Shown here: positions 36,701 through 48,417 of the stretch, piece by piece
How the letters are laid out: the number at the start of each line of letters is the position of its first letter
How positions within the stretch are numbered: the first letter of the stretch is position 1
Source: Gekko japonicus
Lineage: Eukaryota
DNA length: 64,000 nucleotides
Assembly: GCF_001447785.1 (NCBI RefSeq)
Contig: NW_015164181.1
Coordinates: 1,070,504-1,134,503 of the forward strand
Reading direction: 5' to 3'
Program-made: the position numbers and the translations under genes
Notes under the pieces: generated by a model
Seen by the model: the letters and a program-made list of their open reading frames with translations, nothing else
The model's database searches: none
What the model was told of the DNA's origin: nothing

Positions 36701-39700
36701 CATCTTGTCCTTCAGGTGGTTTGTCCCTGTATCCCTGAGAAGACGCACCATCAGCATGCTGGAAAGAAAGGCCTTCTGAATTTGTAAAAAAAGTTCCCTC
36801 CCAATTACAGTACAAAGCCGCACCGGTTAGAGAGAGGCATGTCTCTTTTCCCTTCTGAAATACTTAAAGCCACGAGTGGCCTGTTGGGGCTCAGTGGGGG
36901 CTAGACAGAACAGAAGCAGGGACTCTCCATAGTGGAAGCTCCCAAAACAGCAATGCAGATCTGCAAAAAAACAATGCAGATCCGTCCTCGCAGAGGAGGG
37001 AGAGCTTGTACCTGAATAAAACTTGGTCTTAAAGGTCACCTGCTGCAGAATGTCATTGAATGTCATTGATCAGGAAAAACAAAGTTTGAGTCCAGTTGGC
37101 ACCTTTAAGACCAACAAAGTTTTATTTAATGTGTAATCTTTCACGTGCACAAAAGCTTATACCATGACTAAAACTTTGTTGGTCTTCAGGGTGCCATGGG
37201 ACTCAAGCTTTGTTCTGCTGCTTCATACCAACATCTGAATGTATTGATCAGGAAGGAATGGTTACTTGTGTGGCACGAGTGACTATTTAAAAGACTGGTT
37301 CAGAGAGGCTGGTTTGGCCACAGCTCTACTGTTCTGGGTTCCTTAACAGAACATTTGCTTCATTTGGGTTCACAGGACAGTCCCAAACTTGTAGTATGAC
37401 TGCCTCCACACTCATAGACCCTTTCTATATTACGACCAGAGTTAGCGTTTGTCAGAATCTTGGTTAAATCAGTTCTCAACACCGCTTACTTCAAAGGAAG
37501 TTTAGTTTATTGAGATGTTGAAGAATACCATACTGAACACGAGCTTTGTTAGGACTGAAGGGAGCGCGGGGATTGCAGATCTATTGCGTTCAAGCAAAGG
37601 CACTAAAGATCAGGACCCAATCACCCCACGGCATTTGTTCGCCAGAAACAATGGTCAACTACCCCCCCCCAAGCACGTACCCCTCTACAGAAATAAAGGT
37701 CTGTGCGACACAGTGTCTGGTACATCAAAGCATTTAGGAAAACGAAAGCATTTGGTGTTCACACCCCTCTTTCTCCCCCTCCTCCTCCCTCTATAGCAGG
37801 TGAACTATAAAATGCATACTGAGCCCAACAGCTTTCCCTCCACAAGCAGAGATTCTATGCCTGGATTGGTTGAAAGTTTTCACTTCGGTGGGTGGTTAAA
37901 CTATGCGCCTGCATTGCTTCATGGTGGATCTCTGAAGTTAGTTTTCAAGCAGGATTCTTATACTGCATTCTTTGTGGTAGGGCAGGTGCAAGGCAAGCAT
38001 TCACACATGGCAGCAAGCCAGGTCTGAGCAAAGTCAGCCTGTGGTGGCATTGGAACACAGCATTCCCCTGCCTCGCAGCTTCACTCACCTGTAACCTTCC
38101 TGTGCTTTCAGATTCCAAGTGTCCATCTCGCTATCACTGTACACATGATGCTGGTGTACATAGTGTCGGACTCACCTGGATCCACAAACTACATAAGTTC
38201 CTTGGTTCAGGTAAATAGTTAAAATTTCCTTCTCTCTGTGTTTTTTCGTCTCCTAGTTTTTTACAATTGCAGGAGTGGGGTGGAGTAGAACTTGATACCA
38301 TACTGGGAATCTAAGCCAGGAGGCACACACAGACCCATACAATATATATATATATATATACCCAATTCGGGGCTTACCGGTCATACTTTTGAACAGTTAG
38401 TGCCTGTAATGCAAGGGGTGTGTGCAGACATCACAAGGAATCCTCGTTTATAAAACGGTTTGATCAAATGCTGATTTCTTCCATCTGCAATGTTACGCGG
38501 GTGCTCCCCGAAGTGCCAAAGAGTCAGGCACGTCTAGCGTTTACCCTCACTTCTGCATTGTCCCACTAGCTGCAGAAAACTGGCTGGTAGTTGAAACCTT
38601 TGTGAAGTGACCCCCCCCCCCCCAACAGGAGAGGGGCTGGTGCTTGCTTTGAGCAGCCGCTTCTCTCAGGGACGTGTGGAGCCCCTCCGGTTCCGTAGGG
38701 GGATGGACCTTTGCCTGCCTTGCATGCCTGAATGAGCTTTGCCTGCTTTCCAGATGAGGAAGACAAGGATAGCTTGCAAGAACTCGGAGCGGAACAGAAG
38801 TGCTTTGTGGAGCACATCCTTTGTACCATGCCTTTGTCGTGCAGGTAAGAGCAGGCTGGACGTCGCCCCTTCCCCTCTTGGTGGAGCTGATGCCCGAAGA
38901 GGCCGGCTGAAGACCAGCCACGGACAACAACCCAGTCTGTGGCTTGAGCTGAGAGCACCGGAGACTAGAAGAGGGGGGAGCCAGTTGTTGCCGGGGAAGG
39001 GGGTTCCAAGTGTGAATATCTCCTCCTTTGGGGGCCAGTTTTAGGGACTGGGGGGCAGAGAAATCTCTTCTTCCTGTATTTTGCTTGGTTTGGATGGATT
39101 TGTCTGAGGAAAACCGTATTCCTGTTGAGGGGACACGGAAAGCAGCTTAGAAGGAAACTTTGTAGAGTGTGCTCTAAGTCGTTGGGTTTTTTAATTTTTG
39201 TTTTTCATTTTATGAATATTTTACTATCAACATGTCGGGGGTAAATTTTTCCCTAGTCTATTCTTGTATTTGTCTGTGATGCAGCCTGTTCTGTGCCGTG
39301 AAACAGATAAGAACAGCCCATGGGTACAGGAAAGCCTTCGTACCTTTTTCTTCTGTAGATTTCTTAAATCGTTTATGATGTCCCTGGGCTTGTTTGCATT
39401 TGCTACACTATGAACTATAAAACAGTTAACTTGCCGTTGGGGCGACGAACGTTTTTGCAGTGGGTCTGATGTACGCTCTGTATTGTTCCTCCAGGCAACC
39501 TGCCTCGATTCGAGGGTTTTGGATAGTCTCGGACATTCTGGGTCCCACAATGGTCTGCCTCACCAGTACTTACGAATGCATCACCAAGCCTCTTCTGTAT
39601 GTATTGGCTTTCTTTAACCTAGATTAGATCTGTGCTTGTTCCTTTGCCAGTAAATGGAAAATGTTGGTGGTTGGAAGGGAGAGTCTGGAATGGAACTCCC

Positions 39701-42700
39701 GGTTTTCAGCTCTCCAATTTAGGCTTGCTGAAACGCCGAGATATCCAATTCACTCATTTAGTACCCAGCATTCCCCCCAAAAAAACAACATAGGAAACCA
39801 GTTTGGCTTGACATATCAGTTCACATGAACTACGATCTACTCAACTGTTCTATTTTTCCCCTATAGATATGAGACATTTTTGTTCTTGAAGCAATAAATT
39901 CCAAAGCCAGTTTGGTCTAGTTAAGTGTGCGGACTCTAATCTGGGAGAACCGGGTTTGATTCCCCATTCCTCCACTCGCAGCTGCTGGATGAACTTGGGC
40001 AAGCCATAGTTCTGTCAGAGCTGTTCTTGAAAAAGAGCAGTTTCTGTCAGAGCACTCTCAGCCACACCTACCTCACAGGGTGTCTGTTGTGGGGAGGGAA
40101 AGGGGACAGGAGCTTGTAAGCCGCTCTGAGACTCCAAGTGAAGGACGGGGTATAAATCCAATCTCCTCCTCCTCCTCCTCCTATCAATTAAGCTGGGACA
40201 CAGTCCCCTAAGAAGCTTGCCTGTGCAAACACCATTGAAATGAATGGGAATTGCACGGCCAGGTTTGTTTGACTCTGTGCTTAGCAGCACCCAAAGTCCA
40301 TCACCATCCATAGCAGACACACCTCACCCTGCCTCACAGTAGGGTTCTACTTCTGGCTTAGATACTAGTGACCATTTTCCCTCATTACAAATATAAAGGT
40401 AATGAGCCTCTTTTGAGTTGTACTTTTGAAAACTAAATTCGGCATTTATAAAAGTCCCTCAAGAACTTGCCCATTCTCCTCTAAGTAACTGCTAAGGGAT
40501 CTTGAGATTTGTCAGAACTCCTTCAGGATCCTTGCATGGGACAGTATCAACCTCCAAGGATCTTGAATTCCTGCAGCTTGTCCTTGACATAATATAGACC
40601 ACAGTGATTTATTCCTCCTTTGTAACCAGGAGCTGTGTGGCTTATATGTTAACTCTCCCATGATTCTTCCCTGTCTGGCCATTCACAACTGTTCTTCATG
40701 AAGATCTCAACAAGTCCTGTTGCTCATGGAAGTAATCTTGTTTACCTAGTGTGGGAAAGGGGGTCAGCAGCTAAAGAGTTTGATGAAACCAAAGCACAGG
40801 GTTCCTTGGAGAACAGTGACCGATGGCTAATGTTTCTTTTGACAGCTCTGCGGTCCACCCAGCATCCCCTCCACTTCTGTGTACCATGGAAGACTCTCAA
40901 GCGGTAGCCTCTCCTCTCCGCATTCTGGCTGAATCTCAGGATCCCTTTGAGAAACACATCCAAACGATCCTGTCTCGGAGCTCTGCCAATCCACTGTTTT
41001 TGAAGTACATAACTTCTCTCTGAGAGGAATTAATGTAAAAGGGACGGGGCGCACTCCTTTCTGGTCCCTCTCTGTCATATATAGGCCACCAAATGGCCAA
41101 GACAGCCCCTTTCCCTGAGCATTTTTCATAACTTAGGCCCTGGGAGTTGCATGCATATCTAGAGAGCTGCCCATCCCATGGAGTGCTTGTATACTTTCAC
41201 ACTATTATTCATCTAGTCCAGTGTTTGCTTTGGTCTGGTGTTGACTTTCCAGGATTTCAGGCAGAGAAAGGTCTTTCCCGGCAGCTGAGATCCTTTAACG
41301 GGGGTTGCCAGGAACTGAAGTTGGCACTTGCCAAAAGCAGAGGCTCTCCCAACGGAGCCCCACCCCTCTCCCAACCCCCTTGCCATCTGGTAGAAGCAAG
41401 GAAGGAGCTAACTTTTGACTGGTTTTTCCCCACTGTTGCATCTTCACTGAGGCCTACTTTTGCTGATCCATTGCTTGCATAATTTTTGGGGGGCGGGGAG
41501 AACACCAGATTGGGCAACATAATTAAACACATTTATTGCAAAATGGTCATGTCATGAATGGCAGCTCAGTGGTTTGAGTGGTCACCAGCATGCATCAGTT
41601 GCTGTTTGTATATCCACAACCATCCTTGAATCCTGATAGGTGGAAAAAAGCATCATGTAGCTTGTGAATTAGCCCTTATTGGAGCATGCATGTGTCCTAA
41701 GATCTTCCTGTATTTGTCTTCAAGGGCTGCAGATAAGGAATCCTCCCCGCCCCCCGAAGAATGCCTCCAGCTTGTTAGCAGAGCCACACAAGTGTTTAGG
41801 ACAGAATATATTCTGAAACAAGATCTGACCTTAGAGGAGATCCAACGAAGGTAAAAAAAACAACAAACAGAAACTAGCTCTTTGCTCGTAAATGCAGTCA
41901 AGTCTGCTATTTTTGGTCTGTTCACCACTGAGACGGTAACTTTTGGATCTGTAATCTGCTGGCTTTACCTAAAAAACACAAAGAGCTGAGGATCTTCAGC
42001 AAAAATATCCGGCTTCAAGAATAATCTGTGCGGTGAAGGGGCTGATTGTTTTGCATTTTGAGGATTCAATCCAAGGCAGGGCATATGAACGGATGCAGCC
42101 TTCCTGGCTGGCCCAGGGTTCCAGCCGCAGTCCTTTTCCCAGTGCAAGTTCTGTTCGTTGGTGAATGATTAGGGGACGGTTTTGTGGAAGCCCTCCTCCC
42201 TGTGGACTGGAGCCTTGTTCTAGCCTTGTTCTCCTCGAGGTTCCGTTAGTCATGGCAGCACTCGGTAGCGGGGGAGGAGGGAGGATGCCGTAGGCACCCC
42301 TTGTGCTGCCTTCAGCCTAACCAGCCGCCTGGCCTTTCTTTTTCCCCTCAGAGTCAAATTGTTGCGCGAGCAGAAAAAGAAGCAGCTGGAAGACCTTGGC
42401 TACTGCCGAGAAGAAAGGTGAGCCGGGTACCAGGAGGCAGAACCACCACAGAATGAGTTTGGGCTGCAGGAGTAGTGCCGTGGCCCCAGGGGGTGGGGTG
42501 GGTTTGAAGCCGCATGACAGATGAACCACTTTGCATGCCGACAGCCCCAGGTCCAGTCCCTGGCCTCTCCAGTTAAAGGGTCTTGGGTAAGATGTCTGGG
42601 ACACTCCCTCTGAAGGGGCCGCTGGTCAGTATAGAACATGATGGCCTAGAGGGTCAGAGCTGCTGTAAGGCACCTTCCTATGTTTCAAAGTGTGCCGCCG

Positions 42701-44347
42701 CCCCCGCCGCCGCAGGTGGGATAGAGTTCCAGTTGGGCTTTTGTCACAAGGGTACGTGTGAATCGCACACCGGGGTTATGGTACAACTTGCTCTCTAAAG
42801 TCTTCCCCCCGACCCTTCCAGATCACATAAACTGGTAGTTCCAAGATTATTGAATACACTTCCTCTTTTCCCCTAAAAGGAAGAGTTTGCGGGAAATGGC
42901 TGAGCGCTTGGCAGAGAAGTATGAAGAAGCCAAAGAGAAGCAGGAAGACATTGTGAACAGGTGAGAGTCCCCTGGACTGCAAGAAGATCAAATCAGTCAA
43001 TCCTAAAAGAAATCAACCCTGACTGTTCCCTGGAAGGCCAGATAATGAAACTGAAGCTCAAAGACTTTGGCCACCAAATGAGAAGGGAGCACTCCCTGGA
43101 GAAGACCCTGATGCTGGGAAAGATTGAAGGTCAAAGAAGACGGGGACGGCAGAGGATGAGATGGTTAGACAGTGTCATAGATGCAACGAACATGAAGTTG
43201 AGCCAACTTCAGAGGACAGCGGAAGACCGGAAGGCCTGGTGTGATCTGGTCCATGGGGTCGGCAAAGAGTCGGACTTGACTGTGCGACTGAACAACAACA
43301 ACAACAACAACAGGCAGCTAAACCCATGGGCCATTTGGCTCGATTGCAAAGTTTCCATGTCCGGCTAATGTCAGCAACACCGCAGGAGGTTTGGTTTACT
43401 TTGAAGGGAGGTCATTAAGTCGAGCTCCGTCCTGCTTGGTCTAATAGAGAAAGAGGGTTCAGGATGGAGAGCAGCCAGAACTAAGACTGCTGCTGTTGCT
43501 TTTTTTGTCTGCCGGCTGAATGCAAGTTGTGCTTCTAAATGTTGGGCTACACGGTTGGCAAACGCTGGTTTCATAGCACAGTCTTACACACACATCCCTC
43601 CCTTTATGGCCCCAGGATGAAGAAAGTGCTCCGCAGCATCCACTCTCAGCTGCCCGTGCTGTCCGACAGTGAGAAGGATATGAAGAAAGAACTGCAGACG
43701 ATCCAGGAGCAGCTACGCCATTTAGGGAACGCTATCAAGCAGGTGAGTGCGAATATCCTTGAAGACGAGGCCTGTGGGCAGGGAAAGTGTGGCCCTGAAC
43801 TCATGTTCTAGTCCTGAGGAGATCTGGCTCTTGTGCCTGCGGCTTCCTTTCTAGGTTAAGATGAAGAAGGATTATCAGCAGAGGAAAATGGAGAAGGGAA
43901 CCAGCCCAAAGAAGCCCAGCATTAGCCTCAGTACCTACCAGCGGAAATGCATCCAGGCCGTTTTGAAAGAGGAGTAAGTTAACAGAGCCAAATTTCTCCC
44001 AGAGCTTTGGAATACTTTGTGGATTGTAAACTGCCTGGTGCATCTTCCCTAAGCAGCAGTCGCTGGCACTACCTTTGAGTGATGTTGCTGTATGCAGGTT
44101 GTACCAGGTGGGCCGAGCAGAGAGCGAAAGCAGCAGAAAGAATTGGGTTGCTCTCCCCTTTATTTCCAACAGAAAGCTTATGTTGTCCATATCTGGGTTG
44201 GGAGGCAAAGCTTCCAATATTCCCAGGCAGGGGGGAAAAAGATTTTCTTGCCATGTTTGCCCAACACTGCTTCTGTTTTGCAGGGGAGAACACATACGGG
44301 AGATGGTGAAACAGATCAACGACATCCGAAACCACGTCAACTTCTAG
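27420..44347 (+). CDS. NUP88: Nucleoporin Nup88, complete spliced CDS, 738 aa
   Basis: 17 exons sum to 2217 nt with consistent phases: N-terminal beta-propeller ([42 protein letters not shown]), C-terminal coiled coil ending [17 protein letters not shown]; AATAAA at 44452-44457. Confidence 0.97.
27753..27959. mobile_element. About 206-bp hAT MITE family (CA[AG]TGTTCCCTCTAAGCTG TIR), copy 1
   Basis: TIRs present; degenerate TSD ACCACCAC/CCCGCCAC; a partial copy lies at about 11345-11475. Confidence 0.8.
28846..29140. mobile_element. hAT MITE nested in an old SINE
   Basis: TIRs CAGTGGTGG / CCATCACTG; perfect TSD GTCTAGCC. Confidence 0.8.
30634..30803 (+). CDS. NUP88: NUP88 exon 2
   Basis: cag|[14 protein letters not shown]...[19 protein letters not shown]|gtacgt. 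Confidence 0.95.
32154..32279 (+). CDS. NUP88: NUP88 exon 3
   Basis: tag|[41 protein letters not shown]|gtacct. Confidence 0.95.
32652..32738 (+). CDS. NUP88: NUP88 exon 4
   Basis: tag|[28 protein letters not shown]|gtaaga. Confidence 0.93.
32872..33051 (+). CDS. NUP88: NUP88 exon 5
   Basis: cag|[19 protein letters not shown]...[21 protein letters not shown]|gtgaag. Confidence 0.95.
34868..35054 (+). CDS. NUP88: NUP88 exon 6
   Basis: tag|[62 protein letters not shown]|gtatgg. Confidence 0.95.
36353..36503 (+). CDS. NUP88: NUP88 exon 7
   Basis: cag|[29 protein letters not shown]...[10 protein letters not shown]|gtaaga. Confidence 0.95.
37077..37242. mobile_element. Penelope-like inverted pLTR fragment
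   Basis: Inverted arms (gagtcca..tggcacctttaagaccaacaaagtttta / taaaactttgttggtcttcagggtgcca..ggactc); direct repeat ATTGATCAGGAA at 37065-37076 and 37243-37254. Confidence 0.7.
38112..38210 (+). CDS. NUP88: NUP88 exon 8
   Basis: cag|[33 protein letters not shown]|gtaaat. Confidence 0.95.
38754..38844 (+). CDS. NUP88: NUP88 exon 9
   Basis: cag|[30 protein letters not shown]|gtaaga. Confidence 0.95.
39495..39596 (+). CDS. NUP88: NUP88 exon 10
   Basis: cag|[33 protein letters not shown]|gtatgt. Confidence 0.94.
40846..41004 (+). CDS. NUP88: NUP88 exon 11
   Basis: cag|[13 protein letters not shown]...[31 protein letters not shown]|gtacat. Confidence 0.93.
41725..41850 (+). CDS. NUP88: NUP88 exon 12
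   Basis: aag|[41 protein letters not shown]|gtaaaa. Confidence 0.94.
42352..42417 (+). CDS. NUP88: NUP88 exon 13
   Basis: cag|[21 protein letters not shown]|gtgagc. Confidence 0.94.
42880..42960 (+). CDS. NUP88: NUP88 exon 14
   Basis: aag|[26 protein letters not shown]|gtgaga (donor largely BovB-derived). Confidence 0.94.
42962..43308 (+). mobile_element. 5'-truncated BovB/RTE LINE inserted at the NUP88 exon 14 donor
   Basis: [17 protein letters not shown]...[27 protein letters not shown]; (CAA)n tail; TSD AACAGG at 42956-42961 and 43309-43314. Confidence 0.9.
43616..43742 (+). CDS. NUP88: NUP88 exon 15
   Basis: cag|[42 protein letters not shown]|gtgagt. Confidence 0.95.
43855..43973 (+). 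CDS. NUP88: NUP88 exon 16
   Basis: tag|[39 protein letters not shown]|gtaagt. Confidence 0.95.
44284..44347 (+). CDS. NUP88: NUP88 exon 17 (terminal)
   Basis: cag|[20 protein letters not shown]. Confidence 0.95.
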
Positions 44348-45329
44348 CCATTTGCTGAAGGGTTACTAAGGCAAAGAAGCTACCTTTTCTTATTTATAAG
44401 TGGTCTTACTGCCTCACATGTTGAGAGATGTTTTGTAAAAAAACCACGTTGAATAAACAGTTTTTGATAAGTGCTTTGGACAGTTCAGGAGGACGAGGCA
44501 CTGCGCTTTCTGTGCAGGCAGCAGAGCGGGAGGAGATGGATACAGTTTTGGTATAATTTATCTGTGGATTATTTGCCTTGCTCTGTGTAGTGGTTTGGTG
44601 CATGGACTCTAATCTGGGAGAACCGGGTTTGATTCCCCATTCCTCCACTTGCACCTGCTGGATGACCTTGGGCAAGCCATAGTTCTGGCACAGCTGTTCT
44701 TGAAAAAAACAGCCGTTCCTGTCAGAGTTCTCTCAGCCCCACCTACCTCACAGGGTGTCTGTGGTGGGGAGGGGGGAAGGGAAAGGAGTTTGTAAGCCGC
44801 TCTGAGACTCCTTCGGGTAGTGAAGGGCAGGGTATAAATCCAATCTCTTCTCTTTTTCTTCTATATAACCCTGTTTTGATTTGGGCCTTGTGCCGGCCTG
44901 GCCCAGCCCTCATCTTCTCCCTGTTGCTGATTTAGGCCTCTGCTAAAGCATCATTACTCTGAAAAGCAAGGGGGTGTGCCTGGTTCTAAAGCCAATATGC
45001 AGGTACCTGGGCCCTTCCATCCCAAAGGTTTCTCTTCCTGTGTGAACTATGGCCATGAGAGATAGTAGCTGTTGCCACTGTTCACTTGATATGAGGGAGA
45101 AATTCTTGAGCATTGCTCAGTCATCACACAGACCCCCACTTCCAAATGCATCAAAGAAGATGCAGCTGGAGTGTTAACATAGCACAACTGATCGGGCAGA
45201 CAAGATCTGAGACACCTCTATGTGAAATCTGTCCCTCCCATCTGTGATCCCTACAGAAACATGCAAGTCTCCTACAGTATAAAAATGCAGAACATTAAGG
45301 AGAGGATGCATACTTGTCATTAGCTTATT

Positions 45330-48315
45330 CCTCCTTTAATTTGGAACACTTTCTTAAGGATACACCTCCAATACAGTTAACGAATGGTTACATTTTCGAA
45401 TTCAGTAGACAGGAGAGTTCTACATCCACAATTTCACAGGGCACCAGCGGCTTCTTTCATTGGAATGCAGAATTGGTTCCAAACAGTTCAGTTTGGACTG
45501 TAACAGGCTGATTTTTATTATTTTGGGGGAGGAAAAACCCCCAAACAAAAACCCTAAAGGGACTAATATTTATAGGTGAATTTCCTTTCTCCTCTTGAAA
45601 GAAGATACAGGCAGACCACGGTTTTATGCCACTGAAGTAAAAGGGGGGGGGGGTACAGTTAACCGTTAGCAATAACAAGGTCACAGACATGCTGTAAGAT
45701 TTTTTTGCAAATATTGGCTGTACAAGTATACAGAACAGAGTTAAAACTTGCAGGCTTTCCCCTCCCCTACATTGTGCACACGGGCCCATGGCCAGGAAAG
45801 GTTGCTGTGTTTTTATCCTAAGTTGTGGTAGTTACAGTCAGTGCTGGAGCAGTAAAGCTGGATGGTACAAATTAAGCCTTTTTAAAAACACTGGTAGAAA
45901 GCTAAGAACTTCTAAGGTGAGTGGGGCACCTCCTCCCCCACTTTTCCCCCCCTTCCAAAAAAAAGCTTTTTAATGAAGTGTGACTCAGGTCCATAATTAA
46001 ATTAAGTCCATGTTTCACTTTGAGGATAATCATGATGCCATAGTTAAAACAGAACATTTCCCCTTTGGAATAGCTGTGAATGTTCTTCAGCCTGCGTGTC
46101 TTCCATAGTCTAGACTCCTGCATTTGTTAGGTTGTCAGGCTCTGTTGCCAGAGTGTAGACCCCAAACGCTTTTCAGTTTCGCTTTGCTGCTCTATTTCCC
46201 CTCTCAATCTTGGGCCTCAGGTTAGAATAGACAAGAATTTAGGTACTAAGCAGTAACGAGTCCCTCATGCCACAGTAGTCATTCCTGTATTCATAAGCGG
46301 TAATCTATCCTGATGCTATTCTGTATGGCCAGTTCCCTACTAACCAGACTTAAGCAAGTTAGGTTTTAGCCCCAACTGGTTAAAGCTGGCGCTTCACAAG
46401 AGAGGGGCATGGGAGTTTCTACCCCCACCCTTTGCTGATCCATAAATTTAACGATTTAGCAGTGCTGAGGTGTCAAAAGGAGGATGGTGGTAGGGACAGA
46501 AGCTGGCTTCCAACATGTTCAACAACTGGAAATTCACTAGGGGGAAAAACACCCCAGTTATTGAGGGTTCTAAAGAAACTTGTTGAAGCAGTGCGTTAGA
46601 GCAAGTTAACTGTTTTCCAATCCTTAATGTGGGCAAAATACCCAAGTGTTCTTCACAACTAACAGATTTCCTGACCTTGTTATTTTCTTTTTATAGCTAC
46701 TGCTATACTCCCCCCTCCACTAGCAGCTATAAAAAGAGGGTGGATTCCAGCAACCTGATCCTAATTCATTCTGTAGTGACTACGTGCAATTATGGGGATT
46801 ATACTAGGTTGTTGCAAAAAAAAAAGGGCCACCTAGAGAAACACTGCTGCTGAAAAGCCAAAGATATCTGGCCTGAGAAGATCCAGCTAGATCGAAGCCC
46901 CTGTGCAAAACAAAACTATGCAAAGAGGGTTCCTCCTGTTTACATGAATAAGACATACAAAGTGGAATTTAGCTCAACAGTTGCTTGGGCAGGGATCCAA
47001 AGATCCTCAACATGATTGACAGGGGAGGCCCCCCTTCCACATGACTCAGCCTTCGGGAAATCAGTCTGAAGGATGCAAGGCTGGGTTTTGGGTTGGCAGG
47101 GAAACTGAACGGAGAGGGCAACATAGAGAGCAGTGTTTTGACAGCCACATCCCACTCCTTGTAAAAACACCAGCAGCCATGCATGGCTGCTGTTCCGCTA
47201 GTTCTGAAATAATGATAGGAATGCAACAGGCACGGGGGTCACACACCAAGGCTCCACCCGCCCTTTCTTTCACTCAAGTCTCATTTTAAAAATTCCTATA
47301 GCGTCACCGGCTTTCACTGGAACAGAGGACTGTGGGCTCAAGAACCTACCATAGGGGCTGGGGTGAATGGGAACACTTTACATGCAACCCCAGGCATGAC
47401 TAGAAAGCGGAGCTTGCTTTGGGCAAAGGGCCAGAGAGCTGAGCTTAGCTCAGCTAGGACAGGAGTCGCTGGCTGAAAGTGCCGCTTGTTGAAAATGGGT
47501 CTGTGGTTTGGTTTTGCTTGAAGTGTGCATTTCCTGTTTTAACCCCCCCCCCCCCAAAGGTCTTCTTAAGAAGACATTCCTCAGATCCGATGCTGGTTTC
47601 TCTTTATGGATTCCGTTATCAGTAACTTGCACCCTTCTCCATTCTATTTCCAAGGGCCACTGAGCTCTTCCAAACCACCAACCACAACTATGCGCCAGGT
47701 ACAAAACAAGCGCTGAGCTAGAGAACCCAACCTAGATCCAGTGTCCTGCAAATAAATTCATATTTTAATATAAAATATTCATACAGCACAGTATACCCCC
47801 GTTCTCCTTGTTTGCCATCTAGCTAAATACAGTGTGACTGACCAGTCAGTGGGGCGGGGGGATGAGTTGGGATGGAGAGGAGACTTCAACAGCTTCACTC
47901 GAAAACATTTTAAGGGGACAGAGAAGCACGGCCTCTGCCAGCTGCTTCCAAATAACAGTGATAGTTTCCTTTATTGGCCGGGGGAAGAAGAGGAGAGAGA
48001 AGTGTGTTAGGTTCAGGAAAGGGGGAAAGCTGTGGCAATCACTTCGCTCTGAGTGAGGTCAGACTTGTCTGATACCCTCCGGTGTCCTGCACATCTCTCT
48101 CTCTCTCTCTCTCTCTGACAATTTCTCGCTCCCACCCTAAACCTTCTCCCTTCCGGAAACAAAGCCTGGGCCACCGCCTCCCCCCATGTCCCCTTCCACT
48201 CTTTCGGTTAGAGTTAAATAATAATTAATGTTTTGCTATAAAGATGAAGGGTTGTTTTTTTTTAAAAAAAAACACACACCAAAAAATGCAGCCTTAGAGC
48301 CCGCTCCTGATGGTG
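45330..48315 (-). other. RABEP1: Probable long RABEP1 3' UTR, convergent with the NUP88 3' end
   Basis: Nearly repeat-free, AU-rich stretch after the stop. Candidate signals on minus strand: ATTAAA 47764-47769, AATAAA 45514-45519, ATTAAA 45335-45340. Confidence 0.55.
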
Positions 48316-48417
48316 TCATGTTTCGGGAAGTTGATTAATGTCTGTCAGTTTTGTGTCGTTGAGGATCGCTCGGATTCTCTCCAGGGAATCTGCCTGCCGG
48401 ATCCGTTCCAACTGGAC
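48316..48417 (-). CDS. RABEP1: RABEP1 terminal coding exon
   Basis: cag|VQLERIRQADSLERIRAILNDTKLTDINQLPET*. Confidence 0.95.
   Translation of the reverse strand, partial: VQLERIRQADSLERIRAILNDTKLTDINQLPET

Noticed and set aside
39907-39975. tRNA-like A/B box sequences at several sites
   Set aside because: All continue into SINE bodies; no intact cloverleaf.
39597-41010. Weak NUP88 donors CT|GTATGT and AA|GTACAT as possible U12 introns
   Set aside because: They lack the ATCC core and a convincing TCCTTRAC branch site; treated as U2.
42961-43368. 135-aa ORF starting exactly at the NUP88 exon 14 boundary, suggesting a NUP88-RT fusion
   Set aside because: It is the BovB C-terminus in a different frame; NUP88 read-through hits AGG TGA immediately.
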